Made by a program: the position numbers and the translations under genes | Shown: one piece after another, positions 26,395 through 39,200 of the stretch | Numbering within the stretch: the first letter of the stretch is position 1 | Layout of the letters: every line of letters starts with the position of its first letter | Notes under the pieces: model-generated | What the model was told of the DNA's origin: nothing | Databases searched by the model: none | The model's input: the letters and a program-made list of their open reading frames with translations, nothing else | NCBI GenBank assembly: GCA_976226885.1 | Contig: OZ320319.1 | Location: forward strand, 21,762,001 to 21,826,000 | Source: Iphione sp. A-MEVVRFRX5 | Lineage: Eukaryota | DNA: 64,000 nucleotides | Direction: 5' to 3'

Positions 26395-28075
26395 ACTTAT
26401 CTCAGTTTCACAGCTCTCTCCTTCCATGTTTGCCACACTTTTCTGTTCCATACAAAAAAAAAACTGGTTGGTCTCCTCGATGTGGCCCAAGAGTAGTTCA
26501 CGACCGGTATTGACTCCCTTTGGTCTAAGATCAACTGCATGATGCAAAGTTACACGAATTCCCAGCTGACACCTACACAGAAATAGATGATGGTCTGACT
26601 GTGTTGGAGGAGGACTCTGTGGAGTTTCCCTGCCCCACCCCGGCCTCCTGCAATTACTCTAGGTGTACTTCAACCTATCACGCCCACCATCCAACCTGCA
26701 ATCGGTTTAGTTCTCTGTGTGTGTGTGTCTTTCTTTATCTCACACCTTCTATGTCTGTCTGTTCGTCTGTTCTTCTGTTCACTGACAAGTTTACCACAGA
26801 GGGAACGAGTCTATTTATGTCATTATATATTTGTCTGTTGTCTGTCAGTCTGTCTGTCCGTCAGCCAGCAAGTCTACCTGTGAATCAGTCTCTCTCCTAA
26901 AATCTATCACTTGTTATGTCTGTCTGTCTGTCTCTCGGTCTTAATTAGTGCCCATGTGTCTGTCTGCCTCTCTCTGTTCCTATCTCACTAAAAGGATATA
27001 ATCCAGCATCCCTGCTACTCCTGTGGCCTATCCCTATCCCTCTACCTGTTTTTGGCCCTGTCCTGGCCCTATCCACTAAGCACCGGCGTCGAGTGGGTCA
27101 CTTATGGCATTTGCAGAGCTAATTGGGCCAGGAATGTCTTTGAATGAGGCGTCTCTCCGCCGCCTAAACGCATTGACCCACATCGACGAAGGATGCGGGA
27201 TATGGCAGTTTAGTGCTGAGAGGTGGAGAAGAGGACGACGAGGAGGAGGAGGAGGAGAAGAAGGGGTCTTGGCTTATAATAACTTGTATGGTGACTGGTA
27301 ATAATGCCGCCTACACTTATTATAAGCTATACAGGTGCATATGTATAAATGTGCATGAGGACACGCTCATCCGGGGCAGGTTCACGGACACTTCCAGCAT
27401 ACTATGAGACCCCTGGAGGTGTGATAGAACACACCCTCTCTGTGGTGATGATGGGGGCCGCAGCAAAGGGGAAGCCAGGTTTGAAATGTAGATAAATTAT
27501 CACCTTAGTAATAGAACTGTCCTACTTGGACAGCAACACATATATTTTTTTTGTATTATAAACACATCCAGAATATGACCAAATTCTGGGTGCACACGGC
27601 AGGAATTAGTGCTGAAGTTATGTTCGGTGGGCTTAATGGATTCTTAAGAATCATTAGGACCCCTCTGCACCATGACTGCATGCCGGTATGCTGCATACTC
27701 ATTTCCGCCCCTACCTCACCTTCTATCGAGTACATGCCTACATCTCACATCATCGGATTCTCAATCTCCTATGTCACCGACTGGCTGCATCATTAGCGGG
27801 CTTTGCAACCAGTGACAGAGAGAATTAGCCCCAAGTTATTTATGTACATACTGTGTATGTGTCTGCGCGGTCTGTGTGTAAGACGTGTGGGAAGACAAGA
27901 ATGGAGGAGAGAACTAGAGCGTAGGACCGGAGAAGGTGAGAATCGCCGGTGTGTGTACGTGTAGGGTGGGTGTGCCAGTACGTACGGCCATGAATGAGCA
28001 AGGAAGAGGAGGCAGAGGAGAGAGACGTGAGGAACAGAGAGAAAAGCGAGTGAGAAGAGCTAGGGCGACTCGAGG

Positions 28076-28087
28076 GAGAGAGAGAGA

Positions 28088-28157
<70 letters not shown>
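28076..28157. repeat. (GA)n microsatellite
   Basis: Near-pure dinucleotide run. Confidence 0.98.
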
Positions 28158-28160
<3 letters not shown>

Positions 28161-28491
28161 CTGAGAAAGACGCCGAGGGATGTACAGTTTAGAAGAAGTT
28201 TGCTGTAACAAAAAGATAACGAGAGAGACAGAGCTCCATACAAAACCAACTAGATACTATAAACACCCTTTGGTAACTACGTGAGATGAAGTGGGAGGAG
28301 CAACCTTGATACAGGTGGAGTAGATGTACCTTGGTGTCTACCAGAAGTCGGTCAGAGGCCCCTTGAATGCCGGCTTCGGATGGGGCGGTACACAGGCTAG
28401 CTACAGCAACCTCACAAATCCGGCCCTGGGCGTGGAAAGGGTCTCTAAATTCTCCCAGTATCTTGACCCCTGGAAAGTAGGCATGACTTAC

Positions 28492-28680
28492 CTTTGTTGG
28501 GTGGACTCAGTAGCCGGGAGGGTACTCAGGTAGTCCTGGGGGAGGGGTAAAGATCCCTACAGCACTGCAGAGCGAGCTGGTGGACGGCTGTCTCATACAG
28601 TCGGAGCCAGCGCACACCGGGGAACAGCAGCGGACCAGTGAGAGACGCTGGGCCTCTAGGTACCGCGCGAGTAGACCATT
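28492..28680 (-). other. Candidate non-coding (5' UTR) exon; upstream boundary unknown
   Basis: Consensus donor AAAG|GTAAGT at 28492/28491 at the end of a GC/CpG-rich patch; no ATG-initiated frame stays open to the donor. Confidence 0.3.
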
Positions 28681-28839
28681 AGGTTGGAGGGAGGGGGAGA
28701 GGATGCCCGGCTGAGGGATACGGTTATGGAGGAGGGGGTGGGGGGGTCGGGGAGGGGAGGGGGGAGCAGGCGGAGAAGCTATGGGGATCCATGTGTCAGT
28801 TGCACGTGGGTGGAAGGAATTTATAGGGAGGCCTTGTAC

Positions 28840-28971
28840 NNNNNNNNNNNNNNNNNNNNNNNNNNNNNNNNNNNNNNNNNNNNNNNNNNNNNNNNNNNNN
28901 NNNNNNNNNNNNNNNNNNNNNNNNNNNNNNNNNNNNNNNNNNNNNNNNNNNNNNNNNNNNNNNNNNNNNNN
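28840..28971. other. Assembly gap (N run)
   Basis: N bases. Confidence 0.99.
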
Positions 28972-29994
28972 GCCTAATTCTTTTCCCTCTGTCCGCTTGT
29001 CTTTCTGCCTGACTGGTTGTGCCTACCTCTGCCCCCTCCTGTCTGCCTGTTTCTCTCTACTTCTCTCGCTCTCTGTCAGTCTTTGTGTGTGTCTGTTTGT
29101 GTCTTTTTCATCTCTTGTCTGTGTCGATGAAAACTTTCGATAGAGATATCACTCGTGTCCTGTCCTGATATCTATATGGGAGACATTCTCTGTGGTTTTA
29201 AGGGACACCATTCTTCAAGACTACATATTTGCTAATGCCGGATGTTATCAGCAGGCTTCAGTCTGTCACAATCTTTTTTTTCTCTACTACTAGGCAACCA
29301 CAGAGCAGCAAGGCAATAAAACCCTCTTTTCTTTGTATATTTAACCTGGAACTAGATATTTCAGCTGTCCTTTTAGCTGTTCTTCCATATCCCCCTGTGG
29401 TAGTATGTTACTATCTATTGTTGAGAATTAAGAGTACCAGAATACCTGTGGTTTACCCCCTACTCTTATTTCGAACAGGTTTCTTGGGTCTTTTTATGCA
29501 AAAGAGACTTAGATAAACAAGATCTTAGATAAACAAGATAATCAGGATGAAGGAACGCCCTTTTAAAAACCTGCTGCACGACAATTAGAATGGTCCCTTT
29601 TTTAAGTCACGTCACTACATATATATCCAAAAGACACCAACGGCGACTTACACCCCGAAAATTTGAGTACAAATCTTGTGCACGGGAACTTGCCAGTGTT
29701 TACACATCATGCTACCGGAAGCTAACAAGGAAAACTGGTGGTAAAGCGCGTGGGTCTTTAATCCCACTGCAACAAATTAACGTGTTCGAAACGGCCCGGC
29801 ATCATCTAAATAAGGACACAGTACAACAATAATGTGTGCTGTTGTTAACCCTTTACTGACGTGCGTCATTTTCTTAACCCTTCACTAACACATGGCCCTG
29901 CCTGTATGGGTAGCGGTAACCCTTTGATCTCCACTGAGATATCAACATATCGACACTCTGGTCTGCTGATGAGAGGGGACGGCGTAGCTGGGGA

Positions 29995-30227
29995 TGTGTG
30001 GTGGTGATGGGTTGTGTGGCGGTGATGGGTTGTGTGGCGGTGATGGGTTGTGTGGTGGTGATGGGCTGTGTGGTGGTGATGGGTTGTGTGATGGTGATGT
30101 GTTGTGTGGTGGTGATGGGCTGTGTGGTGGTGATGGGCTGTGTGGTGGTGATGGGTTGTGTGGTGGTGATGGGTTCTGTGGTGATGGTGGGCTGTATGGT
30201 GGTGATGGGGTGTGAGGTGGTGATGGG
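29995..30227. repeat. 18-bp minisatellite, about 13 copies (TGTGTGGTGGTGATGGGY)
   Basis: Tandem units visible directly; they generate the GGDGLC, VVVMGC, HHHHTT and ITTTQP repeat ORFs. Confidence 0.95.
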
Positions 30228-30402
30228 AAAGGGAGGAGGACGACGACGAGGAGCAGGAGGAGAGGAGGAGGAGGACGAGTAGTTGGGCAGTGATGGGAAA
30301 TGGGACAGCAGTGCTGTTTGGGTGTATATGTACATGTAGTGAGTCTGCAGAGGGCCTGCGTATGGGGGTCTCCGTTACTTGTGACAGATTGACAGATGGG
30401 TA

Positions 30403-30410
30403 CAGAGTGA

Positions 30411-30491
<81 letters not shown>
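30403..30491. repeat. (GA)n microsatellite
   Basis: Dinucleotide run. Confidence 0.97.
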
Positions 30492-30493
<2 letters not shown>

Positions 30494-33400
30494 TACAATT
30501 ACCTGTAAGAAGAGATTAACATATTGACGCTAGTTTTTTTGCCTTTCTTCTTCGTTGATTTATTCTATTTAAGGGGCTGGGACACCTCAAGACAGAGCCT
30601 TCTTTTCCTTCTTAAATGACGTGCCTGGTGGTAACAGGATAAGCTTTTGTTGACGAATACGCTGAAAGTTCTGTACTGTCGTACGCTTTGGGGTTCAGTA
30701 AGGTTCATGGCGTATACTGATGTATCGGTTAAGCACGCGGTGGGTGAGGAAGGCTAGGTATGTAGGGGTAAGCGACGTATCTAGCTAGGGGCAGACGTCA
30801 AGTATGGGAGGGTCACCATTCTAGGGTTTTATTATCGGAGAGGGCAAGTATACAACAGATAGGATTTGGGGTGGGGCCTTGGAGGGTAGTATATTGACAG
30901 ATATTTGGATAGTGCAGTCCCATCTCACCACATCAACAGAGCAAAGCCCGCTCGTCAGCAACAGCCCGCTTCCTTCATTAGTTAGTCAAGTTGTATGAGG
31001 TAGCTGAGCACTAGAATTGTAATTAAGAATGTACATGTATAGTAGGTACAAACATGTTTGGTGAGAGGTGTTGTGCGAGGCATCCGTGGCCTAGTACCAG
31101 GTCAGCGGTCAGCTTAGGTCAGTTCCCCTCCTACGAATAGATAACCGAGCCTGTCAGCCCTAATGATAATATCAAGGAGCGAAGCACACAAGTATCTACA
31201 AATAGAAGCAAGAGCTCACAACCCACTCACATCTGCTACACGAGGTATTATTGCTCTGTCGAAGTAGGACAAACAAGAGGAGTATGTAACTACGGGGCGT
31301 GCACGTGGGCAGGAAGCAATTTAAATGCTCGAGCTGAAATAGGCCCACGTGCTACCTCTACCGAATCAATATTTAGTACTGTGTACTTCCCCTGAGTTGA
31401 ACTGGCTACGTGAGGGGGCAGCTGGCACTAAACAATGCATCGTTCCGCATTCTGGAGGTAATTACAAAATGCCTGCGAGCATGAGGATTATGACGTACAC
31501 ATTTCTTTTCTGGAGATCGGTCCCCGAAACAGTCCACACAATGACAGAACAGGGCACTGTCCAAAACAAGGCACCTTCCCTGACTGTTCCCTGCACAGCT
31601 TATAAATACAAGGGAAGAAAATCCGACTGGGATGATTCTGGTTTTGGTACTCTGAAGTTTTCGTCATGAATACAAGGACAGAAATGTGAATTTGAGGCAC
31701 TCTTGTACCCCACTGTTGATGGAGATAACCTGACGACACGCAGCTTCCGGCTTCTTTTAAACCGTGGAATTTCCATTCAGAAAAATATCTCCATCCTGAG
31801 CGTGCGTTTCAATTCCTTATTTGATCCGACAACTAACACGTTAAAAGCTTTGAGGAGAGCTCTGCCCTCGTCTTACAAGCGGTTTGTCTCACGGTGCGCC
31901 ACCTATCGGGGGGAGGGGGGCAGGCACCATGTTAACTGAAGAACGTGTATCTTACCATGCGGCACCTATCGGTCGGGAGGGATGATGATGGGCAACATGT
32001 CAACTGGAGTACGTGTATCCTATACAGTGCGCCACCTATCGGGGAGGGGGAAACAATGTTAACAACAGTACATGTATCTGTTTTATCGCTCTCATTGAGC
32101 CGTACTAAATCATCTCGTGTGTAGCAGTCCATCATTACCTCGATCTCCATACTCTCCCCTCTCTCTCTTTTTTTTCATCCGACGACAATATGGGTCTTCA
32201 GGACCTGGTAACAAGTGGGGATCTGTCAGGTGACGTGACGAGGGCCAATCAACATCCGAGATGCATGCCATGTGACTAAGGGAAAAAAGGCCTGCAATTA
32301 AGACTTTAACAAAACAGACTACTCAGATGTTATATGCAGTCTAACAGGCCGCATTCCAGTCCGTGGGGGTGTGTACACTGTATCGATTCAGGCTGCCACT
32401 GACGCTAGAGGTAAACGACTATGTATCAAAAAAAGTAAATAATATTCATTTTTATCTGTTGCTGAGTTGGTGCCAAGACAGCACAGAATGTACTCGACAC
32501 TAAATCCTAAGGAACAAACATACCGAGGTACAACTTTGGATTTAATTGAACAAGCAACAGAGAACGACTATAAAACATCAGTGGTTAAACCAAATTTCTG
32601 GCATTATTCACTGACGCTGTTTTGAAATACATAATATATTCTCTTTAGAGAAGTTTACTGTGGAGTTCCTTGACTTAAAAAAAATCTTTCACCTAAATGC
32701 TACTGACTTGACTTGTTTCGTTCCAATAAACTACACGCTTGCCTACTTGACTTGGCTACAAGCTTCATCTTCTTTCGTAGATGAAAAAAAGGTAACTGTA
32801 CTTCTACGCTGGTTCTTCGGCTGGTTGCTGATGACTACCACTTGTCCCTATGAGCCCCCCACCCCATCCTACCCCCCACGGCTTGGTCTGGCCCATCTTG
32901 CAATGGACGTGTACTTCTGGAAAGCTGAGGGCGAGGGATTGGGTGGGAGGGGGGTGGGGATGGACCGAAGGGACCAATGGTGCCACTACTCATACTCGAA
33001 CGTCGTTTTCAATCCCTTCTTTTCGCCGCACGTTCCTTATGTTTACGGGGGAAGCGGAGGGTTGAGAGGTACAACATGTCGCTGCTGTGCTGTAGGGAGA
33101 GAGGTGGCATTTATTGTGAGGGGGGGGGGGAGGTCGGTACAACACGTGCCTGGTCATCATCGGACCAGACACGACCACACCCTCCTCCTGCCTCTCAGTG
33201 TCTCCGACGATTTTCCCAGAGGTGTGTGAGTATGGACGCTGTTGGACCGGGATGCATGCAGGTCTTTCCTTCTTACACGTATCAACTACAATAGACAACA
33301 TGATGCCGAGCGACCAGGTTGGGAGCAGTGAAATTAATCCCCCCCCCCCCCTGTGGCCAAGACCTGCATGCATATGCGAGAAAAACTGGTTGACCACCGA

Positions 33401-36248
33401 CCGGCATCTTGCTCACACATCCATATAGGTTATAGGTCCCGCCGACAAATGAGTAGCGGGGGTTGGTATGTTCCTATGTCCTCCTTTATATCACAACCCA
33501 CCCCAGCCCCCACCCACATTACAGAATGTCGGATAACGACTGCGCGAACAAGATACACATTGGGTACATGGAAAAACTATGTCTAATAAAGTCGTTTTCG
33601 GATGAAAAATGCAATGTAGTAGTTACAAATTCCACTTTCTATATGTCTTATCAACCGTAAAAATTCTTCGCGTTTGATGAAGCAAAAAAAGGGGGTAGGC
33701 CTGTACAACAAATCTCCGATGGCTGATTGCACATTCTCCTTCGGCCGTCAAGGTTGACTGCAGCAGGAGCCTGCTGGAAAATGGTGGATTGAAGACTAGC
33801 AGATGTCCTGATGGAAACCCCGTGTTCCCAGGGAAAAACATTTATTCTATTACATTCTGCTACTTCCATTGAAGCCCACACGTAATGACAAAAACTTACG
33901 GCCAAGTCAGTTTCTGAAATTGAGTCATTTTATATGCCGAACAGTATGTAACAATCGATGAATGGCCGGACTGTCAGCCACACCACTGATATGTCTTTTT
34001 TTTTGGGGGGGGGGGATTTTTTTTTGTGACGCTTTCGCCAAACTAGACGTTTTCATTGATTGGCAGCCTATTATGATGTCATAAAAGGTGCATAACATCC
34101 TATTAGTTATAGCAGTGTGATCGACAGTCCAGCGAACCCTCAACTACATTAGAGCCATATCATCCAGACTCACTGGAAGTGTCGACTGGTGCAAGTATTC
34201 AACTTGTTAACTCTCCTTCGAAGACGCCCTTATTGTAACAACTAATCGGAATAACTGTATCCACAGAGTATCAAAATATCAAGTCCAGCTATGATATCAT
34301 CGAAGGTGCAATAAAGTTACTGTTCCATCGAATATGAAATAAAAGCCACGCCTTCCTCATACATATGCATCATCAAGGCACGTAGACTCAAATCCAGCGA
34401 AGAATACATTTAAAAACACACCAGTCTGCCTAGATTGTTGGTTACAGCTACAGTGTTTATTGCTGTATACTGTTATTCAACTATACTATACCGAAACCTA
34501 ACCCAATTAATCACAAATATTTTTTCTATGATACGGCAGTACATGTACTCTCCTAATCGTGCGTCATCCGTGATACTGGAACGGACTCTGGAACAGGACA
34601 TCATCCTACACATGGAAATCGAAAAGTGCATTACATTTGTCTGGGTACACCCATATATTTAACCCAGATAACGCAGGCAACCCAGACACGTGGAAAGCAC
34701 CGCTTATACCATACACTGTACTCGCTGAATGCTAAATTTCTATGAACTGTATGATTAACATCCTTCATTTAATACGTTGTTAATAACCTTTATTGCTACT
34801 TTCAACGCGACTGTGTTAGAAGGACTCAAAGGGGACTTGGGGGAGGCGATGGGGGCTGATATTCAACCTGTAGGAAGCAGAATTGACCGAGCTTTTGAAT
34901 AACCAGCCATGCAGATCGCTTCGACACAAATCGCTAGGGAGAACTCCATGGATCCCTATAATTACTGAGTTTTTTTCCTCCCTCTCTACCCTGGCCAATC
35001 TTTTGGGGGCGGAAATGCTGTTGAAGCTGTGAAAAATAAAAAAAAAATGATTGAAAAAACACTCGCAATGCACGGATATGAGGACATCACTGGATGCAGC
35101 ATGGTAGCATGGAGAACCCGGGAGAGAAGAGAAACACGGGGGCGGCCTTTAAAAAGTGACCAAACTGTCTGGCATTTGTGGCTTAAAATCCCAATCCAAG
35201 CTAAATGAGCTTTTATAAAAGGGAAATTTCAAAAAACATTTACTTCTAAAACTTGGGCAAACAACAGACGAACCTTTACGGATCCAATATGGAGTCTCCT
35301 CCCGGGGCCGGTCACGTTAAAAATGAGTGTTAACAGACCCTTCAAATGCGTCTTCAGTGGATTTCTTCTCTTTTCTGCACTTCTTAACGACAGGAAATTG
35401 GAAATCTGCACTCGCAAAATGGGAACCCATGTTTTGTCTGACGGTCTAAAAACTATTGCGGAAATATTTGTCAAGAAGTACTGAGGACCCACGGTTTAAA
35501 ACACTCTGATCTCTGACACATCTTTTACTCAATTTCACAGCCAACTTTTTTCTTTCTTCCTGTAGACAAGCCTTGTATCTTTTCCATCTTGAGATTTTTT
35601 TTGTTTAAAAAATTGAAAGGGACACAAATGCGGTGGGCCTTTGGAACCACATCACTTGTTCCTCCAAGGCGGTGAGAATGAATCAATAATCTCTAACAGG
35701 GAAGAAGCGAGGCTGAAAGGTTCGTAAGTTTGAGATCGTACTAGGAAGTTCACTGGCTACATCTATAAAGCACCAAGATAAAGATTATAGAAAGAATAAG
35801 GTAGATATTTTCTCAAACTGTATCTTTGCCAACTCTTCCTAGTCTAAGAATCGATTATCAATCAGAGAAATATCACTGACCTATGAGTGAGGGGGAGTTG
35901 AGATCGATCAAATCGGTTCATTTCATCTGCCGCACTGAAACACTGCACCTTGTTTGTGAGGAGAAGGGCGACTTAATTCCTCGTGTAATTTGTTTCTAAT
36001 ACCCGTACTTGATAATTATAAACAACACAAAGAACAAGTTCCGCCTTGCATTCATGCAACCAACCAGAGCGAATAACATGCACAAAACCTCACTGCTTAT
36101 AACAGAGACATTATTTATTCAAGGTCCGAATCTTCAGTATCTTAAACATTAAAGCACTCCTTTGAACGTGGCAGTCAAATATTGATGACTCGGCTGTTCT
36201 CTCTTCCTTACTATTGTTAGATTCAGTCAAACGACATGAACCCTTCAC

Positions 36249-36261
36249 GGGTCAGAGGTCA
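36249..36261 (+). promoter_or_regulatory. DR1 nuclear-receptor element
   Basis: GGGTCA-G-AGGTCA. Confidence 0.3.
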
Positions 36262-39200
36262 AGTAGGTTCCTGATCTCATAACCACCAACCCTGATCTTT
36301 TGGCCCACTAGTTACGTATATATCAGTGAGACTCAAGGACCCTGGTTCAAATTTTACTGAGACCATTTGTATGTTATTGAAATGTGAGAGGACGGGGAAC
36401 CCTCTTGTACTCATTGCAATACATGCACCCTGGCGCAGTTTCACTATATACATATCGAGTAACAGGAGAGAAAAAGTAAAAAATATACTGAATTTTTCCG
36501 TTTGTGCAGGAACGGTAACTTATAATGATCCTTTTTATATTCATACACCTATATTATATTAAATGCATATTGATTTGGTGTCATATTCTTAAAACAATAC
36601 CTATTTGTGTATCGAGGATTTTCATTCAACAAACACTTTGCATGGGTCCCCTTCAGGTTTAGAATTTCCTAATGTGGGAAGTTTGTAGTGCAGAAGCAAC
36701 GGAGTAACGGAGCAGCGAAGCAATTTGTAAGATATATAGAACACACAGGATATATTCCGTGCACAAGCACTTAGTATAAGACTCTTGTGTATTCATGTAT
36801 GCATACTATTGTCTGTGGAGGTTGGGGCGGGGGGAAGTGGGGGGGGGGGTTGGAAGGTCTGCATTCTAAATTAGCTTCGTGCAAATGACTTCCCAGTGGT
36901 GTCTTGGCGAACACCATAAATTCTGCGAAGAAAACTGCGGCATTTCTACCCTTAGAGAATATAACTTATGCCAATCAACTAGCTCATCTGAAAAGCTCAT
37001 CCACCAGTCCACTTTATAGAGGATAGCTTTGTTTGAATACTATATACATATTTTTTTTTCTCTACAAGTCAGTTACCATGTCACATTCCTGGCTCATAGT
37101 ATCACAGTATAGAGAATAAGCCGTATCTCAAGAAACTGTGCGATGGTAAAACTTTTCTTCGTGCCCTCGAAAATCACAATCAAGTTCTATTCTGTCGACT
37201 TAATTTGCTGATGGAATGCACAGATGATAAGAAAGTATTAGAGATGATCTCAGCCTTATGGAATACCAAGCACACAGTTTTAAAATACCTGTCTTCCGAT
37301 GCAGTGAAATACCACTGGTAAGTTTTTTTTAATGATACAGACCAAATGTAATGATGTTGGGGGCGACCAATAACTTCATGCATAAAAGTCAAAAGTACAT
37401 TAAATATCTACAGTCTGTTACTTTTACCAGCAAAAATATAAAATACAAAGCAAAATGTGCAGTCTATCAAGCATGTAATGAATAGAAAACAAAACGTAGA
37501 TACTAATCTGTAAACAACTTAGTAGGCAGCATCCAAACTTCCAACAACATACACTATCCTCGTGAAAAAAAAACAATATGACAGAGCTACTATATAGATA
37601 TAAGTCTACCAGCAACTTCATGAAGAGTATCAAGGGTACAAGCAACGTACGTTCTTCTCACAGGGGGGGGGGATGATAGAATGAATTCCTAACCGACAGT
37701 TGTATTGCACAATTAACATCGGGACTTATTATATGTTGCAGTAAATGATCTATTTTTTCATAGGCAAAACATGTATAGTATACCTGTATTTACTATATAA
37801 ATCCCAAACCACAACACTCATTATTCATTCCTCGGGAGTTCGAGTGGAGCAATTATCCAAGCTACAGCATAAGCTATTCCAAAAAAAAGCGAGCTACATA
37901 ACCATTCAAGTCACTGCTAATCCATTCCAATTACCACAGGCCTAAATGAAGAACCTCAAGGGGAAAACGTAAAATGCAATAATCGTCTACCTGTATAGTT
38001 TTTCCAGAAATTATCCCGAGAATATATGTTTTGTACACAAACTACAGTACGAGTAGAATTGGTTCCTGTAAAATAATGGAGTGGTGATACTAATGGAGCC
38101 ACGGGGTCAAGCTTGTTGCACCAAAACCGCATTATAGACAAGCTGTTGGTCAGACCGACCTGCCCCTGCCAATTTGCTTATGATTTGGACCCACCCCTCT
38201 ACCTCTGGCGATTTTTTTTGTCAGTTTTCTTTCATATAAGTGTCAGGCAGATGTTTGCATGGTGGCCGCCGAGGGGTGGATGGAGTGGTGGGTGTGATGT
38301 ATGGGCGGTGTAATGTCTGGAATACGGCGTCGTTCGTTCTCCCGGTCGAGGATATGACGAGCGGGGGGGGGGGCTATGCGGGATATGTGTGTGGTTAATG
38401 TAGGCTAAAGGGCTGCACCAAAACCAGGACATGTCACTCACACACGCTCGCACTCACACTCCGACCGAGACACATACGGCTAGGCACATACCGACGAAAA
38501 ATGATGTTCTACGATTCACGTACACTCCGTATTATCTACAGCAACAATATGGGTACTCCTCGCCTGTCTTATTTCCCTCTCTAACACAGACACCTTCTCT
38601 CGTTCTCCCTCTCTGTCTCCTTCCCTCTCTCTTGGCCCCCCCTCTCCCTATCTCTCTCTCTAATGATAATAATAATAATAATGATAATTATGATCATAAA
38701 ACAATAATGATGCCGACGCCCTTTGCTTCGCTTCCCTGCCTGTCTACCTATAGCCCTTTCTATATACATATCTCTAACTTCTTTGCTTGTGCACCTCTTT
38801 TAATCTCTTTTTTATCTATACTTTGATTAGTCCATTTTCTTACCCCTAAAACAAATATTTGCCGATAAGTCACCGGACCATCCCCTTCCATGATCTAATT
38901 CTACACTGATAAACATGACCCACCACAGAACCAATACAACGTCTAGGGTTCCCAGAAGAAATAGTTATCTTGGGCGCGGCTATCGCCGGGTTTCGGAGGT
39001 GATGTAGCCTCCTCTGAACGCAACTGTGGCATAATCGGGAAGCGTGCGGTCGGCGTTCGCTACTACAAACTACGTCCATCCAGGATGCAGCCCGACCACA
39101 TACAGTCCACACATATACCGGCGACCTACCCCCCACGCTCCAAGCGTCCGCACACTTCACGTGCCACACATTTTTTTTGGTTTATTTCAGAAGTTAGTCA

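Noticed and set aside
29995-30227. Regular repeat as a CRISPR array
   Set aside because: Units are contiguous with no unique spacers, there are no cas genes, and the context is eukaryotic.
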